Positions 17,998 through 27,555 of a stretch of 64,000 nucleotides of DNA are shown here, piece after piece. The notes under the pieces were generated by a model. The model saw only the letters and a list, made by a program, of their open reading frames with translations, did not search any database and was not told the origin of the DNA. The DNA comes from Gammaproteobacteria bacterium. GTDB lineage: Bacteria; Pseudomonadota; Gammaproteobacteria; Eutrophobiales; Eutrophobiaceae. The first letter of the stretch is position 1. Each line of letters starts with the position of its first letter. A program made the translations under genes and the position numbers. The stretch covers positions 2,848,001 through 2,912,000 of the forward strand of contig OZ244905.1 in NCBI GenBank assembly GCA_965221695.1, read 5' to 3'.

Positions 17998-20040
17998 ATG
18001 AAATTATACTCACTACCGCTTGTACTATGCTTAAGCCTGCTAGCCTCCGGTATTGAACAGGAAGTTCATGCGGCAGGCATTGGCGACGCGACGAGCAAAA
18101 CCATTACGCAATTTGCCCGTCATTTAACGCCAACGCCCAGCGCGGGACCGGCCGGCGCCGCCGCGAGAAGCGCCGCCAGGCCGCCGTCAAGACCGGCGCA
18201 ACGCCGGCGAGCCGCCAAACCTGCGCCAACCCCGGCGCGTAATGCCTATTTTGGCGACCTGCATATCCACACTTCCTGGTCGCTGGACGGCTATATTATC
18301 TTCAACCGGACAACGCCGGATGATGCGTATGCGTTTGCACAGGGCGATGCAATCGAGTTTTACGGTCGCCCACCCGCAAAACTGGCTGTGCCGCTGGATT
18401 TTGCCGCGGTGACTGACCATGCGGAATTTCTCGGCGAGACGCGGCTGTGCTCGGACCCGGCCGCGACGGCCTATCACACGCAGTTATGCGCTGATATCAG
18501 AAACGAACAGCAGGACCCGGCCGTAGAGAACCGGATCTTCGTTAACGTATTACTGAAAATCCTGCGCGCGGAAAAACCGGAACGGCCGGCCTTCTGTGGC
18601 GAGCAGGGCCAGGATTGTGACGCCGCGTCACGCCACCGTTGGCGCGAGCTGCAACAGGTTGCGGATAAACATTATCGGCCCGGCGAGTTCACCACGTTCA
18701 TCGCTTACGAATGGACCGGCGAACAAGGTGGCAATCGGCATCGCAACGTGATCTTCCGCAACAGCACGGTGCCCGAAAAGGCCTGGAGTATGATCGAAAT
18801 CCCCACCGTGGAGGGCTTGTGGAAAAAACTGGATGAGCAATGCGCGCCGCCTTGCGATGTGCTGACGATTTCGCACAGTTCCAATCAAAGCAAAGGGCTG
18901 CGCTTTGCCGGCATGAATACGGACGGCGCGCCGTTAACGCCGGCAGAGGCCGCATACCGGGCCGCGCGTGAACCCCTGGTTGAAATCATGCAATTCGCGG
19001 GCGATTCCGAATGCCGCATCGGCCTGGGCACAGAAGACGAATATTGTGATTTTGAAAAATTCGACCTGCGCCCCGTATGCCCCAACCCGCCGCGTCCCGG
19101 TTCCACGCTGCAATGCGCGCCTGTCTGCGACGAGTCGGGCGGTCCTGAAGGATGCGTATCAGCAGCCAGCTATGTGCGCAACGGCCTCAAGGCAGGCCTT
19201 ACGTTGCAGCAGAAGCTGGGCGCCAATCCGTACAAACTCGGTTTTGTCGGTAGCACGGATGCGCACAATGCCAACCCGGGCGACACCGACGAGGATGACC
19301 ACCAGGGCCACTTCGGTTACCTGGACGCAGAACCGGAGGACCGGCTGTTGCTGGCGTTAAAAACCGGTTTCAAGCAATTGCCGCGTAACCCAGGCGGTTT
19401 GGCCGCGGTCTGGGCTGAAGAAAACACCCGGGACAGCATTTTTGACGCGTTGCGCCGGCGGGAGACCTTCGGCACCAGCGGCAACCGCATTCTTATCCGT
19501 TTCTTCGGCGGCTGGGAGTTCCCGGCTCGGCTCGACCCGAGCACAGACCTGGCGCAGTTGGGTTACCGGGATGGCGTGCCGATGGGCGCCGACCTGCCAA
19601 AAGCCAAAATCGGCGCTGCGCCCCGTTTCCTGGTCTGGGCGATGCAGGCCGTGGATGGAGAGAGGCTGCAGCGCTTGCAGGTGGTCAAGGGTTGGCTGGA
19701 AGACGGCAAGCCGCGGGAGCGGGTCTATGACGTGGCCTGCTCCGATGGCCTGGTCCCGGATCCGGTTACTCACCGTTGCCCCGATAACGGCGCGCGGGTC
19801 AGCCCCAGGGATTGCAGAGTCACCGCAGATACGGGCGCGACGCAGTTGCGGGGCGTGTGGGAAGACCCCGATTTCGACGCATCGGAGCAGGCATTTTACT
19901 ACCTGCGGGCGCTGGAAAACCCGCGCTGTCGCTGGAGTACTTTTGACGCGCTGCGCCTGGCACGCCCGCTACCGCCGAATGCGCCGCCAATCATACAGGA
20001 ACGCGCCTGGTCATCGCCTATCTGGCACATAAGTGATTAG
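17998..20040 (+). CDS. DUF3604 exported PHP-like metallohydrolase, paralogue 1
   Basis: FGDLHIHTSWSLD, DFAAVTDHAE, HRNVIF, GSTDAHN, QERAWSSPIW; signal peptide and Pro/Ala/Arg linker. Confidence 0.85.
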   Translation: MKLYSLPLVLCLSLLASGIEQEVHAAGIGDATSKTITQFARHLTPTPSAGPAGAAARSAARPPSRPAQRRRAAKPAPTPARNAYFGDLHIHTSWSLDGYIIFNRTTPDDAYAFAQGDAIEFYGRPPAKLAVPLDFAAVTDHAEFLGETRLCSDPAATAYHTQLCADIRNEQQDPAVENRIFVNVLLKILRAEKPERPAFCGEQGQDCDAASRHRWRELQQVADKHYRPGEFTTFIAYEWTGEQGGNRHRNVIFRNSTVPEKAWSMIEIPTVEGLWKKLDEQCAPPCDVLTISHSSNQSKGLRFAGMNTDGAPLTPAEAAYRAAREPLVEIMQFAGDSECRIGLGTEDEYCDFEKFDLRPVCPNPPRPGSTLQCAPVCDESGGPEGCVSAASYVRNGLKAGLTLQQKLGANPYKLGFVGSTDAHNANPGDTDEDDHQGHFGYLDAEPEDRLLLALKTGFKQLPRNPGGLAAVWAEENTRDSIFDALRRRETFGTSGNRILIRFFGGWEFPARLDPSTDLAQLGYRDGVPMGADLPKAKIGAAPRFLVWAMQAVDGERLQRLQVVKGWLEDGKPRERVYDVACSDGLVPDPVTHRCPDNGARVSPRDCRVTADTGATQLRGVWEDPDFDASEQAFYYLRALENPRCRWSTFDALRLARPLPPNAPPIIQERAWSSPIWHISD

Positions 20041-20145
20041 CCCTCGAATTTGAACCTGCTGGCTATCTCTGGCACGAAGTCTTTGGCTGTAGTCCAGCGC
20101 TTGCAAGAATCATGTTTCCGATAACGACAAATGGCTGGGTGAGGA

Positions 20146-22023
20146 ATGTGGTTTAGTCGTCATCTGCGAATAGTAGTGTTGCTGTTGCCGGTAGCGCTGG
20201 CGGCGCAGGAGTCCGGACCGCGCTTTCCGTTCTTCGGCGACCTGCATGTACACACTGCCTGGTCGCTGGACAGTTACGTTAACTTCAACCGGGTTGGTCC
20301 CCGGGATGCCTACCGCTTTGCCCTGGGGGAGCCTGTCACGCTGTCAGGCGGCAGGGTGGCGCGCATAGACCGGCCACTGGATTTTGCCGCGGTCACGGAG
20401 CACGCGGAATACCTGGGCGAGTTGCGCATGTGCACGGATGAAACCGATGCCCGCTATGCGTTGGATATCTGCCGGGACATCCGCAACGAGGCCGCGCAGC
20501 AGTCTTTGATAGACCGGATTTACAAGGAATTGATCATACGCGATGTGCTGTCTCCGAACCCACAACGCGAGTCCGACTTGTGTGGGGCGGATGATGCCCG
20601 CTGCCTGGCAAGGGCAAAATCAGTTTGGCGGGAACTGCGCGACATCGCCGCTGAGTTCAATCGCCCCGGCCGGTTCACCACCTTCGTGGGTTACGAGTGG
20701 ACTGGTAACACCAACGGCAACAACCTGCACCGGAACATCATCTACGGTAACGACTGGGTACCGGCGCTGCCGATCAGCTATTTCGAGGCGAACACGCCAG
20801 AGAAATTATGGCGCCAACTGCAGGACACCTGCGCGCCGCCGTGCGAAGTCCTGGCCATTCCGCACAACTCCAACCAGAGCAATGGCCGGCAATTCCCGGC
20901 CATGGAAACAGACGGCAGTCCGTTGCGCGCCGAGTGGGCGGCGCTGCGGGCCAAAACGGAGCCCCTGGTGGAGATCATCCAGGCCAAGGGCGAGTCCGAA
21001 TGCCATACCGGGGTGGGCACGGTGGATGAACTGTGCCGTTACGAGAAGATCGAGCGCCGGCCCCTGTGTGGGGAACAGGGCGTTGGGGAGGACTGCGTAC
21101 CGGTTTGTACCGGTCATAGCAGCGGGCCGGGTTGCGTCGCGTCCAACAACTACCTGCGCAATGCCCTGAAAACGGGACTGGAACTGGAGCAGGAACTGGG
21201 CGTAAATCCTTACCGGCTGGGTTTCATAGGCAGTACCGACACCCATAACGGCGCCCCTGGCGCGGTTGACGAGAGCGATTTCCAGGGCCATCACGGCGTC
21301 GAGGATGGCACGCCTGAACAGCGTGCGCGCATGCCTGAAATAAAGGAGTTTACGGCCAACCGGGTCAAAGGTTCAGGCGGACTGACCGGCCTCTGGGCGG
21401 AGCAGAACACCCGCGCCGCCCTGTTTGACGCGCTACAACGCCGGGAAGCCTTCGCCACCAGTGGCACGCGCATCACGCTGCGCTTTTTTGCCGGCTGGGA
21501 GTTCCCCGACGATATCAATGGCATCGATGATCCGGCTGCGCTGGGCTATGCCTACGGGACACAGATGGGCGGCGAATTGCCACCCGCGCATGAAGCGGCG
21601 CAACCGGGTTTCATCATCTGGGCCATGAAGGACCCGCAAGGGGTTAACCTGCAGCGCGTGCAGGTCATCAAGGGTTGGCTTGAGCAGGGCGGCGGAACTA
21701 AGGAACAGGTCTATGACGTGGTCTGCGCCGGCGACCTGCCCCCTGACCCGGTCACCCACCGCTGCCCGGATAACGGCGCCCGCGTTGACCTGCGCGATTG
21801 CAGTGTGGACATGCGCAAGGGCGCCGTGGAACTGAAAACCCTGTGGCGTGACCCGGAATTCAACCCGCGCCAACCCGCGTTCTATTACCTGAGAGTACTG
21901 GAAAACCCAAGTTGCCGCTGGACTACCTGGGAAGCCCTGCGCGCAGGCAGACAACTGTTCCCGGACATCGCCGCAACCATCCAGGAACGCGCCTGGAGCT
22001 CCCCGATTTGGTACAATCCCTGA
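20146..22023 (+). CDS. DUF3604 exported PHP-like metallohydrolase, paralogue 2
   Basis: FGDLHVHTAWSLD, DFAAVTEHAE, HRNIIY, GSTDTHN, QERAWSSPIW; signal peptide. Confidence 0.85.
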   Translation: MWFSRHLRIVVLLLPVALAAQESGPRFPFFGDLHVHTAWSLDSYVNFNRVGPRDAYRFALGEPVTLSGGRVARIDRPLDFAAVTEHAEYLGELRMCTDETDARYALDICRDIRNEAAQQSLIDRIYKELIIRDVLSPNPQRESDLCGADDARCLARAKSVWRELRDIAAEFNRPGRFTTFVGYEWTGNTNGNNLHRNIIYGNDWVPALPISYFEANTPEKLWRQLQDTCAPPCEVLAIPHNSNQSNGRQFPAMETDGSPLRAEWAALRAKTEPLVEIIQAKGESECHTGVGTVDELCRYEKIERRPLCGEQGVGEDCVPVCTGHSSGPGCVASNNYLRNALKTGLELEQELGVNPYRLGFIGSTDTHNGAPGAVDESDFQGHHGVEDGTPEQRARMPEIKEFTANRVKGSGGLTGLWAEQNTRAALFDALQRREAFATSGTRITLRFFAGWEFPDDINGIDDPAALGYAYGTQMGGELPPAHEAAQPGFIIWAMKDPQGVNLQRVQVIKGWLEQGGGTKEQVYDVVCAGDLPPDPVTHRCPDNGARVDLRDCSVDMRKGAVELKTLWRDPEFNPRQPAFYYLRVLENPSCRWTTWEALRAGRQLFPDIAATIQERAWSSPIWYNP

Positions 22024-22064
22024 CGGCAACAATGCTCGCTATCTTTGCCTTTATCGTTGTAACC

Positions 22065-22124
22065 ACCCTAATCAAGGTCGCGCAAAAGCACCCTGAAGCA
22101 TTGGAAGACATTGCAGCTTGATTG
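22065..22124 (+). pseudogene. Orphan 3' fragment of the higA antitoxin gene (60-bp direct repeat of 25835-25894)
   Basis: Identical sequence encoding TLIKVAQKHPEALEDIAA-stop at both positions. Confidence 0.9.
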
Positions 22125-22203
22125 TGTCAGCAACACTAGATGTTACTGAGTGGAAAACTGAACCTCATACCGCGCCCAGTAGATCATCGTCGCAGAATAT
22201 CCC

Positions 22204-22986
22204 TTATGCTGCGAGCTTTTCTATCTTCCTGCGGAGGTCGTCTTCAGCCTCTAGTGATGAAACCGCCGTGCCGGCGACATTGGTCAGCCGCGCTAGGTCC
22301 AGCCGGGGAATTTCCTGCTGATCCTCAAATACGATAATCGACTCAAACGAAAGATCGTGAAGCAGGAAGTGGGAAAGCATGATTGTCGTCAGCCGCGCCT
22401 TGTCTCGATTGGGAACCCCGTATAAGAATATTGGCGCTCCTTCCCGGCCTTGCAACCTATAATCCACAGGATAATCGTCTCCGTTAGGTACACCCTGCGG
22501 GACGAAATCCGTCTCGATCTTATCCTCGTCGACGATCTCAAACATCAGGGTCTTGAGATCTTCGTAAAACATCGACGTTACTCGTCCTCGACTTAGAAAT
22601 GTCAGGTCATAAATCTTTGTTAACGCCTGACCAAACTTGAATAGACTGTCTCCGATCTGGTCAGGCGGCGTCACAGTTGTAAAGGTCCCGTGTTTCTCAT
22701 CAATGCCGCTCTCACGCACAATTTGTTCACGAAGTACAGCTCGGGCGCCGTCATAGAGGGCGTCAACATCTTGCTCATAGCTCATGTGCATAAGCGTGTG
22801 ACCACGATCGCTTAACATAATGCTACCCGCCTGAGTTTCGGACAGATAAACCGGATAATGATCGCCGTCGGGGAACGTGAACGGCGTTTCCAGCATAAGC
22901 ACGCCATCATCGCGTTCATGCAAGCGGACCTTCGCACAAAGCCTCTCGCATAACGCCTGTTCCAGAAGCGCTCGATCAAGCTCCAT
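22204..22986 (-). CDS. DUF1828-like domain protein
   Basis: ETPFTFPDGD and LSDRGHTL N-terminal motifs, C-terminal YPVDY; start taken at MELDR, overlapping the upstream stop. Confidence 0.7.
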   Translation of the reverse strand: MELDRALLEQALCERLCAKVRLHERDDGVLMLETPFTFPDGDHYPVYLSETQAGSIMLSDRGHTLMHMSYEQDVDALYDGARAVLREQIVRESGIDEKHGTFTTVTPPDQIGDSLFKFGQALTKIYDLTFLSRGRVTSMFYEDLKTLMFEIVDEDKIETDFVPQGVPNGDDYPVDYRLQGREGAPIFLYGVPNRDKARLTTIMLSHFLLHDLSFESIIVFEDQQEIPRLDLARLTNVAGTAVSSLEAEDDLRRKIEKLAA

Positions 22987-23158
22987 CGAACAGATCCGGT
23001 TCATCATGTTGGGCAGTCAGGTTCTGCACACTAGAATCTTCGATAAGACAGGCAAGCGCTCCCTCCAAGGTCTTGTATCGATCCGTCTCTTCGGCATGGC
23101 TATCAATTTTTCTACCCGCAGAAAAGGCCTCCTCAGTTGCATGATGAATATGGCATAG
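22976..23158 (-). pseudogene. 3' remnant of the gene upstream of DUF1828 (CHIHHATEE...TDRYKTLEGALACL...LFDGA-stop)
   Basis: Open frame not in the ORF track; its stop overlaps the DUF1828 start and its 5' part is replaced by the IS5 remnant. Confidence 0.6.
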
Positions 23159-23159
23159 A

Positions 23160-23760
23160 TAGCTGTGGTGTCCACACTCACCCGCTTGAAATCATCGGCT
23201 TTAACCGCCCTGTTCGCCACCCCGGCGCTCACCGTCACCTGGAATATCCTCTCACATCCCGACTCCCCAATCCGTTGACGAAACCGCGTTAAACTGATCG
23301 GGTCTATCGGCGGAACATGCTGAAAGTGCGTCTCACCACAAAAATACTGCCAGTACGGATTCTCCACCCAGCCTGCTACCACTGCCTCGTCCGACAACCC
23401 ATAACAATGCTTCAGATACTGCAACCCCACCATCAACCGCATCGGCTTCCCCGGACTACCGTTGTCCGGGCAGTACAGCGAACCGAATTCCCGGTCAAAC
23501 ACCGACCACGTTATCAGGTCGGCCAGGCGATATAAGGTATGGCGTTGATTGAGCAGGTTGTCTAAGCGTTCGCGGAACAGATCTGAGGAGGAGCGGTTAT
23601 CGGCATCAGCTTGCTTAGGGGTCATGGTTTGCCTCTGCTATTGCAAGGAAATGAAGGTTCATTATACCAAAACCGGCAATAACCGTCCAGGGAAAATGAC
23701 AACTTAGCGCAATATAATCAATAAGTTACAAATGGATTTAGGGTAATTCAGGGGCGACTA
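23160..23760 (-). mobile_element. IS5-family element remnant; transposase (start 23625) truncated just after VDTT
   Basis: DLFRERL, RLMVGLQYLKH, LSDE...WVENPYWQYFCG, SLTRFRQRIG; probable end sequence ttcaggggcgacta at 23747-23760. Confidence 0.85.
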
Positions 23761-23867
23761 AATAACGTATCTATGCACTGTCTTGTTTGATTAACTAACA
23801 TTGCATACGTCTCCTTGGTTGTTATGGCGCTCAGAGTAGCAAGTAAAAGTCCCGCAAGTTTGGCTTG

Positions 23868-24524
23868 TTATGTACTCTCCAGCTTGTCTTTTAGCTGCGA
23901 CAACAGTGATATCAAACTCTGCCGTATAGCAATAGCCGTATCTCTGCCTGCAAAATAAACGTAATTTGGAAGCGCTATTCCGATATTGAGGTCGTAATAA
24001 TATAAAGTTGAAGCGGTGTCCTCAGAACTGCTTAGAGCCAGGCTGTTATATATATTTTCTTCTTCTTCCGTATCTAATTCGTAGTCGCCAAAGCCCCTGA
24101 TAACAAAAGGCTTAAGAGGGGCGGTGGGCTTCACGCTATATTCAATCTCAATCTCTGATTCAGTTCTAAGATATACTAGAGCAGGAACTGGAGCTTCAAA
24201 CCTGACTAAACGAGGCGTGATGACAATGTCATATTCGTTTTCATCAACTGAGCCTGACTTGATATCAACAGTTTCGTACGCTGAGCTCAGACTATCTTTA
24301 ATCGCATAAGAAAGATACTGGCCAATATCATACTGAAATATCGCCATTAGTTGCGATTCATTGTGAACGTGTTTCACAAATTCATCGTCAATCACGACCA
24401 GTACTTTATCCGAAATCAGATCAGGGGACGCTTCAAATGCCGCTTTTGGCACTGGCACAGTTACTTGTACTGCACTACAAGCCACTAAAACCACAGATAA
24501 AAGAATAATTGTTAATTTATTCAC
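23868..24524 (-). CDS. Hypothetical lipoprotein, AT-rich
   Basis: GTG start, signal peptide ending in LVAC lipobox; lies between two IS remnants. Confidence 0.7.
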   Translation of the reverse strand: MNKLTIILLSVVLVACSAVQVTVPVPKAAFEASPDLISDKVLVVIDDEFVKHVHNESQLMAIFQYDIGQYLSYAIKDSLSSAYETVDIKSGSVDENEYDIVITPRLVRFEAPVPALVYLRTESEIEIEYSVKPTAPLKPFVIRGFGDYELDTEEEENIYNSLALSSSEDTASTLYYYDLNIGIALPNYVYFAGRDTAIAIRQSLISLLSQLKDKLEST

Positions 24525-24541
24525 TGTATCTCCCCCCAGTA

Positions 24542-25265
24542 TTTTCCAATACTGGAATGAGCCTGAAGTAGAGAGATTCCGCCCCGGTCTCAAGCCCGTT
24601 TGTATTCCTGTTCATGGATGGTTGTAAAGAGGTCCCGGCGCGCCTGTTGCAGCGCGACCGCGGCCGCGTTGTCGCTGATACCGTAAGCGACCTGGTCCAG
24701 TATCTCAAAGCTTACGTCCGGTTTCAAATAGGTCGCAGCATTGTCCAGGGACTTGAGTTTCTCATAGGGGGTCATGAGGTTCATGTAAGGGTAACGCTTG
24801 CGCTGTTTTCCCTTCTTGTCGGTGACGGTCTCCGGAAACAGGCAGGGCCGGTGGTAGTTCACATACGGGTTGAGATGCTGCCGGTGAAACTCGTTCAGTG
24901 GGCTGGCCCAGCGACGCGGGATATGGGCATGGCCTAAGAGCTTGCGTACCACGTGGCCGTTCTTGCACTCCACCAGGGCATTGTCGTTGCTGTGCCGGGC
25001 GCGGGACTTGGTGAGTTCAATACCTATCAGTACGCCCCGATCCGCCTTGTCGCAGCCCAGGTAATCAAACTTCACCAGGGTGCGCAGTATCCAGTCATAC
25101 CGGCTCTGCTTGTCACCGGCCACCTCGAAGGCCACCTGCTGGGTCCCCGCGAGAAAGGCGCGCACATGGTGAATCGTTGTTAACTCGTTGGCATTCATGA
25201 TCGTTTTCATCCTCGCATCATGAACGGAAACACGGGCCGATTCAGGCTCATTTCATATTGGAAAA
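24542..25265 (-). mobile_element. Internally deleted IS with integrase-core (rve-type) transposase ORF 24590-25210 and both inverted repeats
   Basis: KSRARHSNDNALVECKN and LNPYVNYHRPC motifs; IRs ttttccaatactggaatgagcctgaa / ttcaggctcatttcatattggaaaa. Confidence 0.8.
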
Positions 25266-25308
25266 CTCTAAATTTGCAGATAGTACTGCATAGCCGTATA
25301 ATAGCGTT

Positions 25309-25620
25309 ATGCGTACAGTTGTTGAGACAAGGACGTTCAGTGCACAAGCGGCCAAGGTGTGGGCCGCTGAACAATACCAGGAATTTGTCGCATATATAGC
25401 TAACAACCCTGATGCAGGCGTAGTTATTCCGGGGACTGGTGGCGTAAGAAAAATTCGCTGGAATAAACAAGGATCAGGAAAACGCAGTGGAGTCCGTATA
25501 ATTTACTTCAACAACTCCGATTATGAAACCTGGCTGCTTGCTATTTATGACAAGAGTGAACGTGAAAGTATACCGTCGCATGAATTAAAGAAAATCAGAG
25601 ACACCATCCATGAACAATGA
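25309..25620 (+). CDS. higB: RelE/HigB family toxin
   Basis: NPDAGVVIPGTGGVRKIRW, GKRSGVRIIYF, LLAIYDK. Confidence 0.85.
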   Translation: MRTVVETRTFSAQAAKVWAAEQYQEFVAYIANNPDAGVVIPGTGGVRKIRWNKQGSGKRSGVRIIYFNNSDYETWLLAIYDKSERESIPSHELKKIRDTIHEQ

Positions 25621-25891
25621 AATGAGTAAAGCGGGACGGGCGCTGCTTGATGATGTGATTGCTATCAAGAAAGGCGCGCCCACTAAAATCTGGTCACCGG
25701 AACAGTTACTGGTTATTTCCGTGCGTAAACAACTTAAAATGTCACAGTCGGTCTTTTCAAGATTATTAGGCATTCCTGTATCTACACTCAGGGATTGGGA
25801 ACAAGGGCGCAAACAGCCCGATAGCGCCGCAATTACCCTAATCAAGGTCGCGCAAAAGCACCCTGAAGCATTGGAAGACATTGCAGCTTGA
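25610..25891 (+). CDS. higA: XRE-HTH antitoxin
   Basis: MSQSVFSRLLGIPVSTLRDWEQGRKQP; downstream of and overlapping the toxin. Confidence 0.85.
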   Translation: MNNEMSKAGRALLDDVIAIKKGAPTKIWSPEQLLVISVRKQLKMSQSVFSRLLGIPVSTLRDWEQGRKQPDSAAITLIKVAQKHPEALEDIAA

Positions 25892-25898
25892 TTGCGTT

Positions 25899-26079
25899 GG
25901 CGACATTGGTCAACCGCGCCAGGACCATCCGGGGAATTTCCTGCTGATCCTCAAATACGATAATCGAATCAAACGAAAAACCGTTCCTCGTCGACGTTCT
26001 CAAAATCAGGGGCTTGGGATCTTAGTAAAACATCGACGTTACTTGTCCTCAATTTAGAAATGTCAGATCGTAAACCTTT
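25899..26079 (-). pseudogene. Decayed, deleted second copy of the DUF1828 gene
   Basis: 25899-25978 aligns to about 22273-22352, and 25985-26079 to about 22523-22618, with substitutions. Confidence 0.85.
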
Positions 26080-26180
26080 TCGCGTACGGAGGCGCTCAGT
26101 TGCATTCAGCTAATACTACTAATGATATTTCTTGCCGGATTGGATAATATTCATTAAATTGGTAGTTGTTCAGATTTTCC

Positions 26181-27554
26181 ATGAAGACACTCATCCCCCA
26201 ACTGTTCTCCGTTCTCGCAACAGCCGTTCTTGCCGGGTGTGCTGTTTCTGCGATCTCGCCTGAGGTCAGGGACCCGGATCTGCCCGAAAGCTGGCGCGGG
26301 GTGGATGACTATGTCGCGGTCGAAGACGGTTGGTTGGGGCAACTGGGTGATGCGGAGCTCAGTGGCCTGGTGGATGTTGCCATGCAGCGGAACTACCAGT
26401 TGGCGCAACTGGCCGCGCAGGTCGAGGCGGCGCAGCAGGCTGCGGTCATCAGCGGCGCGGCGCGGCTTCCAGAGTTGTCCCTGGGGTTCGACTCTTCGCG
26501 CCGGCGGGTGATCAGCAACCAGTTCGGGATTACCCGCACCTCCAGTAATTTTGAGTTGGGCCTGGACCTGGCCTGGGAAATCGATGCCTGGGGCAAGCTC
26601 CGGGATGTTGAGAAGCAGGCCAACCTGAAGCTGATGGCGGCGCAGGCGCGCTACACGGACAGCCGCCGCAGGCTGGCGGCACAGGTGGCGCGGGCCTGGT
26701 TCAATGTCGTCGGCGCCCGGGAATTGCTGGCATTGCTGCGCGAACGGCTGACCAACCTGGAGCAAGACCTGGACATCATCGAACGTGCTTATAACCAGGG
26801 TTTGACCGGCGCGTTGGACGTGTACCTGGCCCGCGCCGGCACCGATCAGGAACGCTCCCGCATCGCCGCGCAAGAGCAATTGCTGACGGAATACCGGGTG
26901 GCATTGCAGTTGCTGCTGGGGGATTATCCGGACGGCAGCCTGGAGGCCAGCAATACCCTCCCGGTGTTGGAAGCGCCCATTCCGACGGGTCTGCCGTCTG
27001 AGCTTGTCCGCCGCAGGCCAGACCTGCAGCAGGCCTGGATGAGCCTGCTGGCCAGTGACGCCGCAGTCGCGATTGCCCACAAACAACGCTTTCCGCGCAT
27101 CTCCCTGGTGGCCTCCGGCAATGATGTCTCCGACGACCTGACCAGCTTGCTGGACGGCACTGCGCTGGCCTGGTCGGCGCTGGGCAACCTGACCCAGCCG
27201 CTGTTCAACCGGGGCCGGCTGAAAGCGCAGGAGCAACAGGCCCGGGCACAACTGGTACAGGCCGAAAACCAGTACCTGGATAGCTTGTACCAGGCATTCT
27301 CGGAGGTGGAGACCGCGCTCAGCCGCAACCGGACATTGCAGACCCGCTACCGGGTCACCCTGGCCGCGGAGAAAAACGCGGTGACCGGGCTGACTCTCGC
27401 ATTTGAACAATACCAGCGCGGACTGGTCCCATATACTACGGTACTGGAGGCACAGCGGCGCGCATTTGATATACAATCCGGGGTTATCGACTTGCGCAAA
27501 CAGCTTTTACAGAACAGGGTTACCCTGTACCTGGCCCTGGGTGGCGACTATTGA
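26181..27554 (+). CDS. RND efflux outer-membrane lipoprotein (NodT/OprM family)
   Basis: LAGC lipobox, WEIDAWG, GLPSELVRRRPDL, LYLALGG. Confidence 0.9.
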   Translation: MKTLIPQLFSVLATAVLAGCAVSAISPEVRDPDLPESWRGVDDYVAVEDGWLGQLGDAELSGLVDVAMQRNYQLAQLAAQVEAAQQAAVISGAARLPELSLGFDSSRRRVISNQFGITRTSSNFELGLDLAWEIDAWGKLRDVEKQANLKLMAAQARYTDSRRRLAAQVARAWFNVVGARELLALLRERLTNLEQDLDIIERAYNQGLTGALDVYLARAGTDQERSRIAAQEQLLTEYRVALQLLLGDYPDGSLEASNTLPVLEAPIPTGLPSELVRRRPDLQQAWMSLLASDAAVAIAHKQRFPRISLVASGNDVSDDLTSLLDGTALAWSALGNLTQPLFNRGRLKAQEQQARAQLVQAENQYLDSLYQAFSEVETALSRNRTLQTRYRVTLAAEKNAVTGLTLAFEQYQRGLVPYTTVLEAQRRAFDIQSGVIDLRKQLLQNRVTLYLALGGDY

Positions 27555-27555
27555 T

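Noticed and set aside
23017-23160. C-terminal tail of the IS5 transposase ORF as real protein
   Set aside because: It is out-of-frame read-through into the remnant of the DUF1828 partner gene after the truncation.
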